Assembly: GCF_963921235.1 (NCBI RefSeq)
Contig: NC_086109.1
Coordinates: 24,368,001-24,432,000 of the forward strand
DNA from: Mobula hypostoma
Taxonomy: Eukaryota
Direction of reading: 5' to 3'
Length of the DNA: 64,000 bases
The translations under genes and the position numbers were made by a program. Below, in pieces: positions 12,393 through 26,685 of this stretch (positions within the stretch are counted from its first letter, which is position 1; each line of letters opens with the position of its first letter). The notes under the pieces were generated by a model. The model was not told the origin of the DNA and did no database searches. It worked only from the letters and a program-made list of their open reading frames with translations.

Positions 12393-14389
12393 TCATTACA
12401 GGCTTGGATGTTGTGATATATTTTTTTCTGTTGCTTCATAGTTTCATAGAATTATACTGCACAGAATACAGCCATTTAATGTATTTACTTTATCAAAAGA
12501 TCTCTCTAATGATTCCCACTCCCCTGCCATCTTTGCACAATCCTACACTTCCATTCCAGATTTATCTAATTCCTTTTCAAGGTTATGATTGAATCTGCTT
12601 TTAAACGGTGTCTTCCAAATCACAACGCACTGTAAAGTTCTTTCTCCTTTGCCAAAATTCTTTAGCCAATCATTGTAAATTGTTCTGCTACTGACGTTTC
12701 TGTCATTGAAAGCGGTTCCTCTTTATTTATCAAAACTATGCATGATTTTGACACATTTATCAAACCTTACCTTAGACTTGAAAACTCAAAAGAATTGGAG
12801 ATGACAAAGTCTGAAATGAAAACAGAACGTGCTGAAAACATTCAGCAGCTTGAGAGCATCTGTGGAAAGAGAAACAGGGTTGCTATTTCAAATCAAAGAC
12901 CCCTCCATCAGAAGTATAAAGAAAGGGTCCTGATGAATGGTCTTTAAATGGAAATTTTAACACTGGTTCTCTTTTCACAGATGTTGCCTGACTTGTTGAA
13001 AGTTTCTCTATTTTTTTGATTTTATCACATCTTAGACTTCTCTACTTGAAGGAGTACAACTACACTTTCTACCTCATCGCTCCACACATTCACATTGTTC
13101 CTCATCCCTAGTACTATTACAGTAGCACTCAGAGGCACTATTTCTAAGGCCGAGGGATCTTTCCTGATGTATGCTGTGCAAAAATTGGGCTGCTTTAATT
13201 TTCATATATTTTTGAAATTGAAATATCTCTTGAGGATGGACGTTAAGTTGCAGCTTTAAAACATATCTGGGATTATGACACAGACTATTTCTCGATATTT
13301 ATTGCTATTTATTTATATTTACATTTGCACAGTTTGTTGTCTTCTGCACTCTGGTTGAATACCCTAGATATGCGGTCTTTCATTCATTCTATTATAGTTA
13401 CAATTCTATAGATATATTGAGTATGACCACAAGAAAATGAATCTCAGGGTTGTATACGGTGACGTATATGTACTTTGATAATAAAATTGACTTTGAACTT
13501 TGAACTTTAATTTTGCACTCTCACCTCATTACTCTGATTTCTGTGACAAACTTAGTCACAATTTTTGGCACTGGTACTCATACCTCAGAGGTTAGCTTAG
13601 AGGTTGAGATGCATGTGGTGGACATCATTATCTATCATGCTGAGTGTGAGGAGTGGGTAGTCTGGGTTTCAGAGCACAAGAGTTCTAGTCCAGAAGCTAC
13701 CGATGATTTCAAGGATGGGGTGTGGGGAAATGAGGGTTGGAGTGGAGGGGGTTGGCACTGCATTGGAAGGCTTGTGGGCAAACAGATGTGAAACATTGAG
13801 AGTTAGACCCAAGTCCACCTCCAAGATGGAAATGATCTGTAACTCTGTCACAACAGCTTTGGACCCAACATCATGGTGGCAGACTGATGCCAATTTACTA
13901 AAAGACAGAGAACTCTGTGTTACAAGTGTTGAGCACAAGAAATCCAAGAACTCCTTTCTCCCTCAAGCTGTGAAAATCTATGCCTCTTATGGTAATTGCC
14001 TTTTATACTCTACTTACTACTAATGTTCTAGGTCTGGGCCAATGACGGCACTTATGATGGTACAGACCCATATTTGTCTGTGGAGTTCTCTGTGCCCATG
14101 CTGGTCAGCATCATGTCAGCAGTGGTATTGTTCTACCTGATGTTTTGTGCTGCTAGATACCCCAGCACTGCAGTAGTGAAATCTTCACAGAATTTAATGG
14201 GGCAGAACTTGTACTCAGGACTCAGCCGGCAAATCTGCCTGTGCTAAATTAAATGAACCTGGAAAACCAGCTGCTGAAGGAAGGTAAGTGGGTTTTCGTT
14301 GATTTAAATTTTTTTTAGTGTGCAAGTTTGAGCCTGTGTTTGTGTGAAAGTTCATGTTGGTTCTGTGCACACATTTGTTTCATTTTTCA

Positions 14390-15220
14390 TTTAGAGATAC
14401 AACCTGGTAACAGGCCATTTAGTCCCAAAAAGCCCATGCCACTCAGTTACACTCATGTGACCAATTAACCACCAACACAGAGGTTGTGTACAAGAAGGGC
14501 CAGAGTCACCTCTACTTCCTGAGGAGACTGAGGTCCTTTGGAGTATGCAGTCCTCTCCTTCACATATTCTACCAGTATGTTGTCACCAGTATAGTCTTCT
14601 ATGTGATGATGTGCTGGGGCAAAGGGATCAGCACGGGTGATGCCAACAGGCTCAATAAACTGATTAGAAAGGCTGGCTCTGTTACAGGAGTCAAACTGGG
14701 CACATTGTTGGCTGTGGTAGAACAAAGGACCCTACAGAAAATCCTGGCAATTCTGGACAATGTTTCTCACACTCTGCATGCCACCTTGGCTGAACAGAGG
14801 AGCACTTTTAGTAATAGACTAAGGCAACTGTGCTGCTCCAAAGAGCGGTATATGAGGTCATTCTTACCCTTGGCCATTAGGCTCTATAATGAGTCAACCT
14901 ATAGCCAGGGAAGTGATGACCCCTCCTGTTAGTCTCTTTGAGGTAATTTATTTTTTATTCTTTCTACTTCTCTTCTAATACTTGTATGTCTGTGCACTTG
15001 TAATGCTACTGTGACACTGTAATTCCCTTTGGGATCAATAAAGTATCTATCTATCTATCAAACCTACTAACCAATTTGTCTTTGGAATGTGGGGTGAAAC
15101 AGGAGCACCTGGAGGAAATCCACATGGTCCAGGGGAGAACATACATACATACAGACAATGGCAGAATAGAAGCTTTGTTTCTTGTGCTGTAATGGCATTA
15201 TGCTAACCGCTATGCTGCCA
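14390..15220 (-). mobile_element. V-SINE interrupted by a Rex1/Babar insertion
   Basis: SINE breaks at accaattaacc (~14470) and resumes at aacctactaacc (~15061). Confidence 0.65.
14471..15059 (+). mobile_element. Rex1/Babar-like LINE, 5'-truncated
   Basis: ORF 14486-14932 (KKGQSHLYFLRRLRSF...RSFLPLAIRLYN), aataaa then (tatc)n tail. Confidence 0.8.
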
Positions 15221-15224
15221 TGTG

Positions 15225-15531
15225 TGGGCACATGGCCAAATGGTTAACGCATTGGATTAGCTACCCGAAGGTTGTGAGTTCGAGCCCCAGCCGAGGGAAC
15301 GTGTTGTGTTCTTGAGCAAGGCACTTAATCACACATTGCTCTGCGGCGACACTGGTGCCAAGCTGTATGGGTCCTAGTGCCCTTCCCTTGGACAACATTG
15401 GTGTCGTGGAGAGGGGAGACTTGCAGCATGGGCAATTGCCGGTCTTCCATACAACCTTGCCCGGACCTGCGCCCTGGAGAGTGAAGACTTTCCAGGCACA
15501 GATCCATGGTCTCGCAAGACTAACGGATGCC
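15225..15531 (+). mobile_element. tRNA-headed SINE, copy 3
   Basis: Matches copies 1 and 2; best-preserved B box gttcgagccc. Confidence 0.85.
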
Positions 15532-18129
15532 ACCGTGTCGCATGCACGATCTCACAGCAGCAAAGACTCGCCACACGCGGGCCTTTGCTGCTGTGTGTCT
15601 GTGCATGTGTGCCTATTAATGATTTAACTAAAGTTTGAATAATTTTATTTGCTTTTTAGCGCTATCTTTATTATTCACAAGTGAATTGTGGATGATAATG
15701 GTGGTGAGAAACAGTATCCGTGACAGGTCTGTGAGTGGAGTTTCAGCAGTTGTAAAAGTTCTCCCTGTGTGCAGCTGGCTACTTTCACTGAGACAGTCTC
15801 AACACTGAGCTGTAAAAGAGTAGGGAGCTTGGATCCAGACTATGTTTGGAGCATATGGAACAGACAGTACTGTTCAGGGACAGGCCGCCGGCGATCTCTG
15901 AGCAGCAGAGGATCTTCTCTGTAATTTTATTATTTAATATTTTGGACATCAGATTTTTATTTATCATTTTACTGTATGCTACTTACTTGGTATACTCTCA
16001 GTGTTCTACTGATATTGTGCTTTCCAGGTGCTCTGCCAACATGATCCAGCTGCTCCTTTCGGACAGCTTCCCAACCAGCGGCTGAACTCTCACAAGTGGG
16101 TGACGAGTTGCAAAACCCCAGAATTTCTAGAGATTTGAAGTAAAAGCAGAGAATTATGAAGGTGGTCAGCAGGTTAGGCAAGGCCTTTGGAGAGTGATGC
16201 AGAGTTCCAGAACAGCGATTAATCATCACAACTACTCTAATGAAAGTTCCGATGAAAAATTTCTCCACAGATGCTTCCTGAACCATTAGACAATTCCAGT
16301 GTTTTCTGCTTTTATTTTATTACCGGTGATTTGAAGTGGCTACTTTAATGAGAAATTCGAGCAGATGCTTAAATACAGCCACTCGTTAAGACCGTCTGCT
16401 GTTCACTGTTTCTGGTAAAAGACTGGGGTTCCACCTCTAGATCATTATTCATTATCTCCATTCTGTTGCACCATCACAGCTTCTGATTCTTCAATGCGAC
16501 TCCAAACAGAAGCCTTTGTGACCTTGAGAGTGTTTCCAGTTCTTTGGCAAATAGTTATTCCTCTGGTCATGAACACATTGTTGGAGTTAGTTTGTGCAAA
16601 TTGTCTGCTGCGTTTACCCATTGCCAGTGTAATTACACTACAAAAAGGCCATGAAGCACTCTCAGGGTGTGAAAAGTGCTATGTAAATGTATTTCCTTCC
16701 TTTACAATTTTCAGAAATTTTTAATAAGCTTCAACTGTTAGAGATATCAGTTCCACAACTTATGCAAATTCATGGTTTTGTAATATTTAATTTCTCTTAA
16801 GCCTGGCTAGAAAGAAATAGGTGTGGTGCTTGTTCTAAAGCACCTTCCTTGGGTATAGGGTCAGATATTACGATAAAGAGGGACTGTGACACCCGATGCA
16901 GAGTACTACATTGCATTAACATCTACGGAAACAGACTTGTATCCACAATGATCTAGAGAATGTTTTACACAAGAGGTTCCTGGATTGATACGAGATATGC
17001 CTGGGACAAAAAGGAAATGGAATAAAAAAAGCACAGGATTGGTTTCACTTTCTTGATCCTTAAATAACTTCAACGGATCTTCATTGTACCACAACTCAAT
17101 CTATTTTCACTTTTCATGAAGTACTACTGAGGAATAGACATAATCAAGCAAGGCATCTCAAGCAGGTATGGAACAAAATCCCACTATTTCACACACTCTG
17201 ACATGCTCCTTGAGGAAACCTAATTACTGATAACAGGAGACACAGATGGCAGGGTATTCACTGGAGCAATCCTGAGGGAAATGATCCTCATAACACTGAA
17301 GAAAAAGATATTATACACCAACTCCTCTGCAGGCATTGGACACTGTCTCCCTCTTACAGAGCTAACACTGACACTGAATCACAATGCCTCAACTTGAGAA
17401 GTGGCTGCAATTTCTTCATCTTTGACATTAACACCAAGTCCCAGCTATCTCATCCTCTAGTTATCTGGTAATATTCCAATCTCCTCACATTCAAGACAGG
17501 CACCAAGTTCCAACTCTTATACCCACACACCATATATTGAATTCGGCTCTTACACCCAAGTCAGGGCAGGCAAGATAACACTTCAGACACATACCTATTG
17601 ATCAGTTATTCAAACCCAATGGCAAAAAAAAACTAATAAAAGAAAACTAATAATAATGACTATTTGGCATGGACTTAATGAGGGAGCATTACTTTAGGAC
17701 TGTGTTCTGTTGTTGTTCACCTTGCTCAAAGGTAAGACTTATTCTCAGCTTCATAGCTTCTTCCATGGCACTAGCTGGCCAATACCCTATAGCTACCTAT
17801 TCCATTTAGTTTCTATCATAGAAACTGGCACAAATTCTTCAATAACCCAACCTTCCCTTTATTTAGTGTCTCTTGTTGAAGGGCAAATTGATGTAAAATG
17901 CCCAATGAATATCAACCTTTCTATGAAGTTATGCTGATTCTTCTCAGAGCTTTTGATAAGGCACAACTAGAAAGTTGCGCCCAACTCTGGTCACCACGTT
18001 CTAAGTAGAGTGCGAATGTTGGTTGAGGTAACATTATCAGTAAGAGATCTTATTTGCTTTGTTAGGTTGGAGCCACTGGAGTGACTTTCCTTGGAACAAA
18101 GGACGATGAGGAGAGGTTGGTTGGACTTG

Positions 18130-18585
18130 AACATAGAACACAGACCACAGAACAGTACAGCACAGGATTAGGCCCTCCAGCCAACAATGTCGTGCTAAAC
18201 CAAATAAATTAGCAATCAAATGGCCAACTGAACTAGTCCTCTGTCTACACAATGCCCATATCCTTCTATTTCTTCATGTTCATGTCGCTATCTATCTAAG
18301 TGTCTCATAAAAGTCTCCAGTGTATCTGCCTCCACCATCTCTCCAGGCTGTGCATTCCAGGCACCCACCACTCTCTGTGTAAAAAACTTACCCCTCAAAT
18401 CTCCTTTGAAATTACCCCCTTTCATCGTAAATGCATGCCCTCTGGTTTTAGACATCTCAACCCTGGGAAAAGGATACTCTCTGTCTACTGTATCTATGCC
18501 TCTCATTATCTTACAAACCTCTGTGAGATCTCCCCTCAGCCTCCGCTGCTCCAGAGAAAAACACCCAAGTTTGTCCAACCTCTCG
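18130..18585 (-). mobile_element. CR1 3' fragment
   Basis: ORF 18288-18578 FSLEQRRLRGDL...FFTQRVVGAWN; gaacatagaaca tail. Confidence 0.85.
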
Positions 18586-18949
18586 CAAACGCCCTGTAAT
18601 CAGGGAGATGTTGATAATTTCACATCGGATAAAGAGATAAGTTTTTCATTTGCTGATGGCACAAAGAGTAAAGGACCTGGATTTAAGGTTTTAGGTAAGA
18701 TGTGACAAAGAACACCTTCTACACAACAGGTGATATTTTTCTGGAAATTGCTGACTGCGAAGAGTAATGGTCCTGGAAATGATCAATGGGTCTGAACTTG
18801 AGAGAAGTAAACTTGCAAGGCAATATTGAGAACACAGAGAATGGAGTTGACTGGATTCTCCTACAGGGAGACAACATGAACTTCTCAGTGGACTTCATTC
18901 ACAGGAAACCATGGAACCCAATGGGGAAAAAAAGCTAATTCCTGTTGTG

Positions 18950-21060
18950 TGAGATTTGAATGAGGTCATCATTTCTGATTGGATCGTGCAGAAGGACATA
19001 GATATGGATCAGACTGGGAGAATTAAAGTGACAGGCAACTGGAAGCTGAGGATCTTTCCTGCGGACAGAGTAAAAGCACTCTGCAGAGCACCACGAAATA
19101 CAAGATTTATAATGTAAAAAAAATCACATCACAAGCACCAAATACATTAGGTGGAAAGCAATGCAGTTGAATTGTTGCTTCATTCAAAAGGACAGTTCAA
19201 TGGTGGAAATAGAAGAGCAAATGTTGCATCTATAAAATTCTGGAACAAGATATAAATGAATATTAGATGTTTTAGCAGACATGAAGGAAGGTATTAATCA
19301 AACATAACCAGCGTGGCTTTGTTAAGAAGAAATTTTGCCTGACCAATTTAACTACATTTTTTGAAGAAGTTATATACTATACTGATGATGATAATGCAAA
19401 TGTTGGAAGTTTAGACAGGATCTGTGGAATAATTTTTCACCCAGAGACTGTTTAGAATTTGTAATGTACTGCCTGAAGGGATGTTAGAGGCAAAGACTCT
19501 CACGACACTTAAGTCATATCTAGATGATCACTTGAGCTGCTAACGAAGGCTACAGGCCAAGTACAAGCAAATGGGATTTGTACGATTTTGTACTCAAGGA
19601 TTAGTACAGACATGGTGACCAAGGGGCTTGTTTCAGTAATGTGTAACTCTTTCTCCTGCAGCTGCAAGGGAAAGAGCAAGCAGAAGGGGATTGTTTGATA
19701 GAGATGGAAGACTGGACCAGGGAATCGGCGAGCAATGCTCCCTTTGGAATGCTGAAAGGGAAGTGGAAGGAAAGATGGGTTTCGTGGTGGAAACTCATTG
19801 AAAGTATTGGAAGTTTTGGAGGAAGATCCATTGAATGTGGAAGTTGGTGAGATGGAGAGCAAAATCCGGGAGGACTCTATCCTTGTTCTGGCTGGAGGCA
19901 GTGGCAGTGAGAGCAAGGGTACAGGCAATAGATGACACATGGTTGAGAGTTCTGTCAACTATGGCAGAAGGAAAACCATGGAAAATGGAAGAGGACAAAT
20001 CCTTGAGGCACTGGATGGAAAGTCTTATCATCTGTGCAAATATGATGGAGAAGAGGAACTGAGAGAATGGACTGGAGTTTGTATAGGAGACATGGTAGGT
20101 GAAAGTACCCTGATGTAAGACAGCCATGCTGTCATGTAATTGATGTTTGTCGCTAATTTATCGTCTGAGATGGAGATCAAGAAAATGAAATGGGGAAGTA
20201 AGAGTAAGATATCAACCATATGAAGGTGGAAGCAGAGTGACTTGTACTTGGCCTGTAGCCCTATTTTGGTAACAAAATAAGGACATTTTGAAGTTCTGCA
20301 TGAATGGAACAATGATACTATCTTAAGTAAAGCAGATTAAGAAGTGAGCGAGAGAGCCTGAACAGGACTGAAAAAGCATTGTTGCCACAAAAGGGCAGTG
20401 CAACTTGTGTCCATGTACGTTCCCATGGCTACAACTTTCATGTGAAGATAGTGAGCGGATTTGTTCATTGTGAGAATGAGAGGCTACAAGGAGTGTGCCA
20501 GATGGATTAGGAATTCCGGATTTAGGAGAAATGGTCTGTTTTGAGATAAAGATCCCTGGATAAAGAAATGGGCACAGGGCAAAAGTAGTAAAAAACGAAT
20601 TTAGTGGAGATGGAGGGGAACAAAGCCAAAGACTGATTATTTTGGGTCAGAAGTGAACATGAAAACACAGAAGGGGGTAAAATTGGGAGAGAGACGGGGC
20701 CATAGGAAAGTGAAGGGGGAGAAAGATTTGGGAAGGTATTGGAAGTGGAGAGCTTCTGAAGTTTGACACCAAGAAGGAACAGGAGAAGTCTCTATTGCAG
20801 TGTGAAGGTTGAAGTGCAACTGTGGACCGTGAGGGAGAATGAGTTGGTTTTGTTGCAGAGAGAATGGTCTAGAGAATGTATGTGCTGATGCAGGGCATAG
20901 AACAGTGCTTTGATAAACAGCAGATGGTTTGGGCATTCCTAAGATCCTGAGTGAATTAGAATTATTGAAGTTGAATTAGAATCCTTGTGAGATAAGTTGA
21001 CACCAGGGATTTTTGTCAAGGGAAGAGATGTGGTGGTGGAAGCCAGTGTTGTTCAACAAT
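18950..21060 (-). mobile_element. Highly decayed Penelope-like element (RT remnant); boundaries approximate
   Basis: Minus-strand remnants resembling Penelope RT motifs: VAMGT near 20420, PFSQFL near 20060, DRVLP near 19880. Confidence 0.55.
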
Positions 21061-24000
21061 TTCTCAAGACAATGAGGCAAATAGAAATGACTGATGGTGA
21101 ACAGGAAAGAGAGAAAGATGGAAAGACAGAAATCTGATCAGAGAAGGGAACATACCTTTTTCCAAAGCTGCTGTTCTTGGAAACGAATTGACAGTGAATT
21201 CAACAGTAAATGAAAATTAAATAAAATTGCCAAACTAGTTATTGGAAATAAAACCACAAAATCTGGAAACACTCGAGGTCAGACAGCATCTGCAGAAAGA
21301 GAAGAAAAGTGATATACAATTGGCTTGAAGAGTAATTGTTCTTGGCAAAGTCATGATCAATGTCCAGCAAGCCCTCACAAACAGAACTGCAATTAATAAG
21401 TATTTTTTATTCTTAGAGCAACATTACACATCACCCTTGATAATATTGTTTTTCAAGACAGAACGTTGAGATTCTACAGTGAGAACAGATGCCTCTGCAG
21501 TGCATCTCACGTGAGATAAAGCATCTTCCAAAAGTGCAGCACATATCCTCACTACTATACTAGACTGTTGGTCTAACCTATTGTGCACAAACATTTGAAG
21601 TACAGTACATCTTGAGCTCAAGTACATCCAGCTCAGGTAGGTCACAGTTGCCCCAAAACGGCAGTTTTGTTGTATGTAGAAGGGGCTGTACTGAAGTGTA
21701 CTGTTCTGTTCTATGTTCTATGTTCATATTGATTGGGCATCCAGAAGGCTTCACATCACAGTCGCTGTCTTGGAATGACAAAGAAACTGTTAACGTAGTT
21801 GAATCCATGTTCACAAACCCAACGGATGTGGGTTCATGAAACCTAGCAAAAGAACCAGAAACTTAGAGTAAGTGACTTTTATTTTTGCAGTTGTTCATAT
21901 TTGGAATGTGCTGCCAAAGAATGACAAGGGAGGCTCAATGGTATCCTTTGAAATGGATTTTGACTTATTCCTGACAAATAACTATTTCAAAAGCTATTAG
22001 GAAAGAGCAAAGAAGTGGGAGTAACTGGATATTTTTTTTATGAAAGAACTGATACATAATAGCCCTGCTTCAGGTGATAAAATGCCACAAGGGGTGTTGG
22101 AAGGGAATCATTCGAACATAAGAAACAGAAGCAGAAGATGGCCAATCAGCCCCTCACACCTGCTCTGCCATTTAATAAAAGCATGGCTAATCTTTTACTT
22201 CAGCGCCACTTCCCCAAACCAATGGTATTTCCATTACTTCTCTTAATACTCAAAAATCCTTCAATCTGTCTTGAACCTGCTCAGCCACGATGGCTTACAG
22301 CTCTTTTAAATAGAAATCAATTATCATGAGGGTGACGAATGTGCTGCTCATCTCAGTCCTAATCAGGCGTTCCCTCATTTTGAGTGTGTGACTCCCAGCC
22401 CAGGGAAGCATGCTTGCATCTACCATGCCAAGCATGGTAAGTACTTTGTTTGGTTCAACCTCTCATTCTTCTAAACTCTACAGGAGAAATCACCCCTTCT
22501 GTGTGATTTCTCCTTAAAGGACGATATGCTCAGGTCAGGAATTAATCTGGCTGGCAAACTTTCATTGTGCTCTCTCTTATATTCTACTTAGGGAGGAGAC
22601 AAAGACACAGTCTCAAGAAGGCCAAAATTAATTGCAGTAACGTGTCTTGAACCCCAATATTTTTGCAAGAAAACCTAATGTATCATTTGTGATACTTTCA
22701 TAAACACCTCAGAGATACTAGGCAATGATTGTCCCAATCAGGAGAAAATCCCATCATCTCCAGTCGAGGTTCAATAGTATTATGTAGTTCCAACTACAGT
22801 AATAGCATTATGGGAAACACCATTCACTAGAAATTTACCAAGTGTTTACACTATAGGTGCAAGAAGACATAGGCACTGGGTATTATAGAACTAAGTGCAT
22901 ACTTTCATAAATAACTATTTTTCCATCTTATCTTGAGGTGAATCAAGACATTTATGGATTGCAAGCTCTAAATGGATGTGAAAGTAACAGTTAGCAATTG
23001 TCCTCATCTCCAGTACTCTACCTCAAAGGTATTTCAGCGATACTAAATGTGCAGTTCTTTTGCATTCGTTTAGCCCTGGTGACCAAAGGCAAATTACTTT
23101 TTTCAAAATTTAACCAGGATGAATTACAGTTATGGTGAAGACAATTTAGACAGGCTTTCCAGACCAGGACACTAATTATGCAAATTATTTCCCCTCGTGT
23201 CTCTCAGAATCTGATATTCAAGAAAGATATCCAGTTAGATACCTTTGTAGGGTTTGAAAGGGAAAGCATCACAATGGAGTCATGACGTAACATGAAATCT
23301 AGTCACATAAACCAGGAAGACTTAGATCAGGTGTCTAGTCATCCAATCCCTGCGGGTACCCAGGTAAGTAGAAGACATGATCTTGGAAGTCAACTGTCAG
23401 AGTAAATGACTGCCACTTAATGGTCCCTACTGGATGTCCACAGGCTTGAGATGAAGCTAGGATTAGAGATGGAGCAACCTAAAATCAATAATTCCCAACA
23501 TTTGAACAGTGATTATATTTCAAAGGCATTTGGTTGACTATAAAGATTTGGGAAATCTTGAGATTGTGATATCAGTATGTAAATAGAAGTTCTTTCCTTG
23601 TTGTCTAGGCTTACACTATCAGAATGCCCTTATTTAGACAAACAATGGGCTCTTTTATTGAGACCTGCTTGGTATCTGTTGACCAACACATCACCATGAC
23701 TCATCTCCTCAGAATAGGATGAGAGGTTTCTTATTTGCAAATGTAAAGATGTTTTAAAAAGATAAATATCTTTTTTAAGAGTGGGATAAAAAAGAAAGGT
23801 TGCCTGCTATTTCATCTCAGATGTAGCTGATGGAGTGAGTCAGTAGGTAAATAGCATTAAGACAAATACTGCTGTAGCTTGTGCATCAGGTATGCATTGT
23901 AGCCGGGGGCAGAATTAGTCATGCAAGTCAGACAGAGCATCTGCCTGTCTGCAGGGAAAGACATTTAACATACCTAGCCATGGGACAGAATGAAAAATAG

Positions 24001-24551
24001 TTCCAGAGAACGACCTCTGACTTAATTCAACAATGCAGAAATTTTCTATTTTGGTGAAGTTTTTGAATCTGAGGTACAGAAAGCATCATTAAAGGGAAAT
24101 AAGTTTTGCCTCACCTGGTTTGATCATTTCTGATTGATTTAGAGTGCATATCTACAGTCGCAGTTTAAGTGCTCAACAACTTTCTCAAATGTGTGACCCA
24201 GGGATCTAACAAGTCTGCCTGATTCCTTCAGTTAGCACTTGCTATGTTCCAATTGGATAAGAAAGGTAGAGAGGAGGATAGGCCAAACATGGGTAAATGG
24301 GACTAGCTGAGATGGTCAACTTGGGCAGCGTGGATGAGTTGCACTAAAGGACTGTTTCAGCGCTGTATTACTCTATAATGTCAAACAGGAGTGGCAAACC
24401 TCCTTATCCCCAGCGCCAAATTCATCAATGGAAGATAGTGAATCCAGTAGTGAATACACATGACTTCATCCAGTATATTGTTCTGTGTTAAAATCTTTAC
24501 TCAGTACAGCTTTATTCATCCCTCGGATGTGGGTGCCATTAGTAATCCAGC

Positions 24552-24794
24552 CCAAACACAAGGAAATCTGCAGATGCTGGAAATTCAAGCAACACACACA
24601 CAAAATGCTGGTGACCGCAGCAGGGCAGGCAGCATCTATAGGAAGAGGAACAGGTGACATTTCGGGCCGAGACTCTTTGTCTCTTCTTTCAGTTAGTCCG
24701 GACGAGGGGTCTCGGCCTGAGACGTCAACTGTACCTCTTCCTGTAGATGCTGCCTGGCCTGCTGCGTTCACCAGCATCTTTTGTGTGTGTTGCT
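24552..24794. mobile_element. Penelope pLTR-only inverted insertion
   Basis: Two inverted pLTR ends; perfect 14-bp TSD attagtaatccagc (24538-24551/24795-24808). Confidence 0.85.
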
Positions 24795-26685
24795 ATTAGT
24801 AATCCAGCATTTATTTCTCATCCACAATTATTCTCAAGGGATGGAAATACATTTTTCAACCTCAGTACTCAGTGTCTATATGTTCTTGTCCCTATAATAT
24901 TATTTTGTCAAATTTCTGGTGAATGGTGATTCCTATAATGTCATGACTTCAGATGGAACTGCATAATACTATTGAATAATACTATTGACTGGAGATGATT
25001 GAACTTTCTCTTGATTGGGACAATTATTCCCTGGCATCTGTGAGGTACGAATATAACTTGCTGTTTATTAGTGATGCATATGAACTTGAATGACTTCATT
25101 ATCTGAAGGGATGCAAGTGGAACAGTCGAGTCCGTCATTCACCATGGATATACTGTTATTTATAATTTTATGTTATGTTCATACAGTGATCTAGTTGGAC
25201 GAGGGAATATGTGACACGCTGTTTTGTTACAAAGTCATAGACAGCTAGTCTACAGGAAAATTTCAACATGTATAAAACTTTAGCATTACTCCTTGCAAAT
25301 TAAATATTACATCTTATATATGTATGCCATAATGCCCCTGAGAAGACATGACAAATTAGAAATGAGACACTGGGCTTTTTTTTCATTTTGAAAGACAGTC
25401 ATGACTTTTGCTTGGCAGGTTTTAGTCAGTTTGTAGAACTAAAGTTGAACCTTTCTAAAGTTGTCCTGCAACCAATCATACCCCAGGTTTGTACATGTAC
25501 CAACAAGAGTGAATAGCACGACATGCCACAGCAATGAAGGACAATGATGTTGGGTTATCACTGTATGTTTGCATACATAGGACAACATTGCTACTCCGAG
25601 TGGTTACATGAGGAGCTTTGACATGTATGATTAATTGCAAGAACCATTCAGCCTGTACAACAAATGAAGGGACACATTTTTTAAAGCCAATATCGTGGAT
25701 GCTGAAGGAGGAAAGGGTATTGAGAAATGATCTGACATAAGTGCAAAAGGGAAGCACTCCTGATGGAAAATGGGTCAGAAGCATAGAGCAGAAGACAAGG
25801 CATGTCTTGCTTAAAGATGTGATGCAGAATCTGGGAGACTAAACTGAAACTGGTAGAAATAAGTGAAGGTTATCAATTTGGGACAAGAAGCTAGATGCAG
25901 AGAGAAAAATTATGTGAGCATATTATTTTACTAAAGAACTTTCCTTGCATTGCAATTCTGATGCCTGTTTAGATATTTTACATATTTTACAGTTGCTCAA
26001 AGAAGCGTCACATTTCAACAGCCTGTTGATTGCAGATTGTGACAAGGAACAAAGTCAATTTTAATGGCAATTTGCAGTAACAACAGAAAGGAGGACTTCA
26101 AATATTTGAAGCTCATTCAGACAATGATAAACTGGGATTGCACTGCATCTCTGCTGTAAGCAGGAGTAGTAGCAATAAGACAGACCTTTAAGCAAAGTTA
26201 TTGATCAACAACTTCTGTATTGGCAGACAGACTGATATTGCCATATGCCATTCAATGAAGAATGAGCAATCTTATTCCGGCTAAGTTCAGTCAGATACAC
26301 CTATTATAGAGCACCATCACACTGAAATCCAACTCTAGTGAAGTCTTATGGTCTTTAGGGCAAATGGAGTGTACTGCATAATACAATGGGCAAACAGTCC
26401 AACTATTTATGATTGTAGCAACCTATGTAAAGAGGCCAGCTTTAATGGAGAAGGACTAATTAAGGCAACACTAATGTCTTGAAGTCACAACTTGACAGAT
26501 TGTTGGAGAGCTATGGCAGTACGTTCAAAAATAGCTCCATTGTCATAACAAAGTAAGTGTGTGCATTTGCACAGCCCATTTGCAAAACCAGTCTATTGCA
26601 AGCTCAAAGCAGTCCCAAATGACTTAAGAAGTCAAATTGATAATCAGCTGGATAGGCCAGAACAAAATCGTATGTCTCTGATTCT

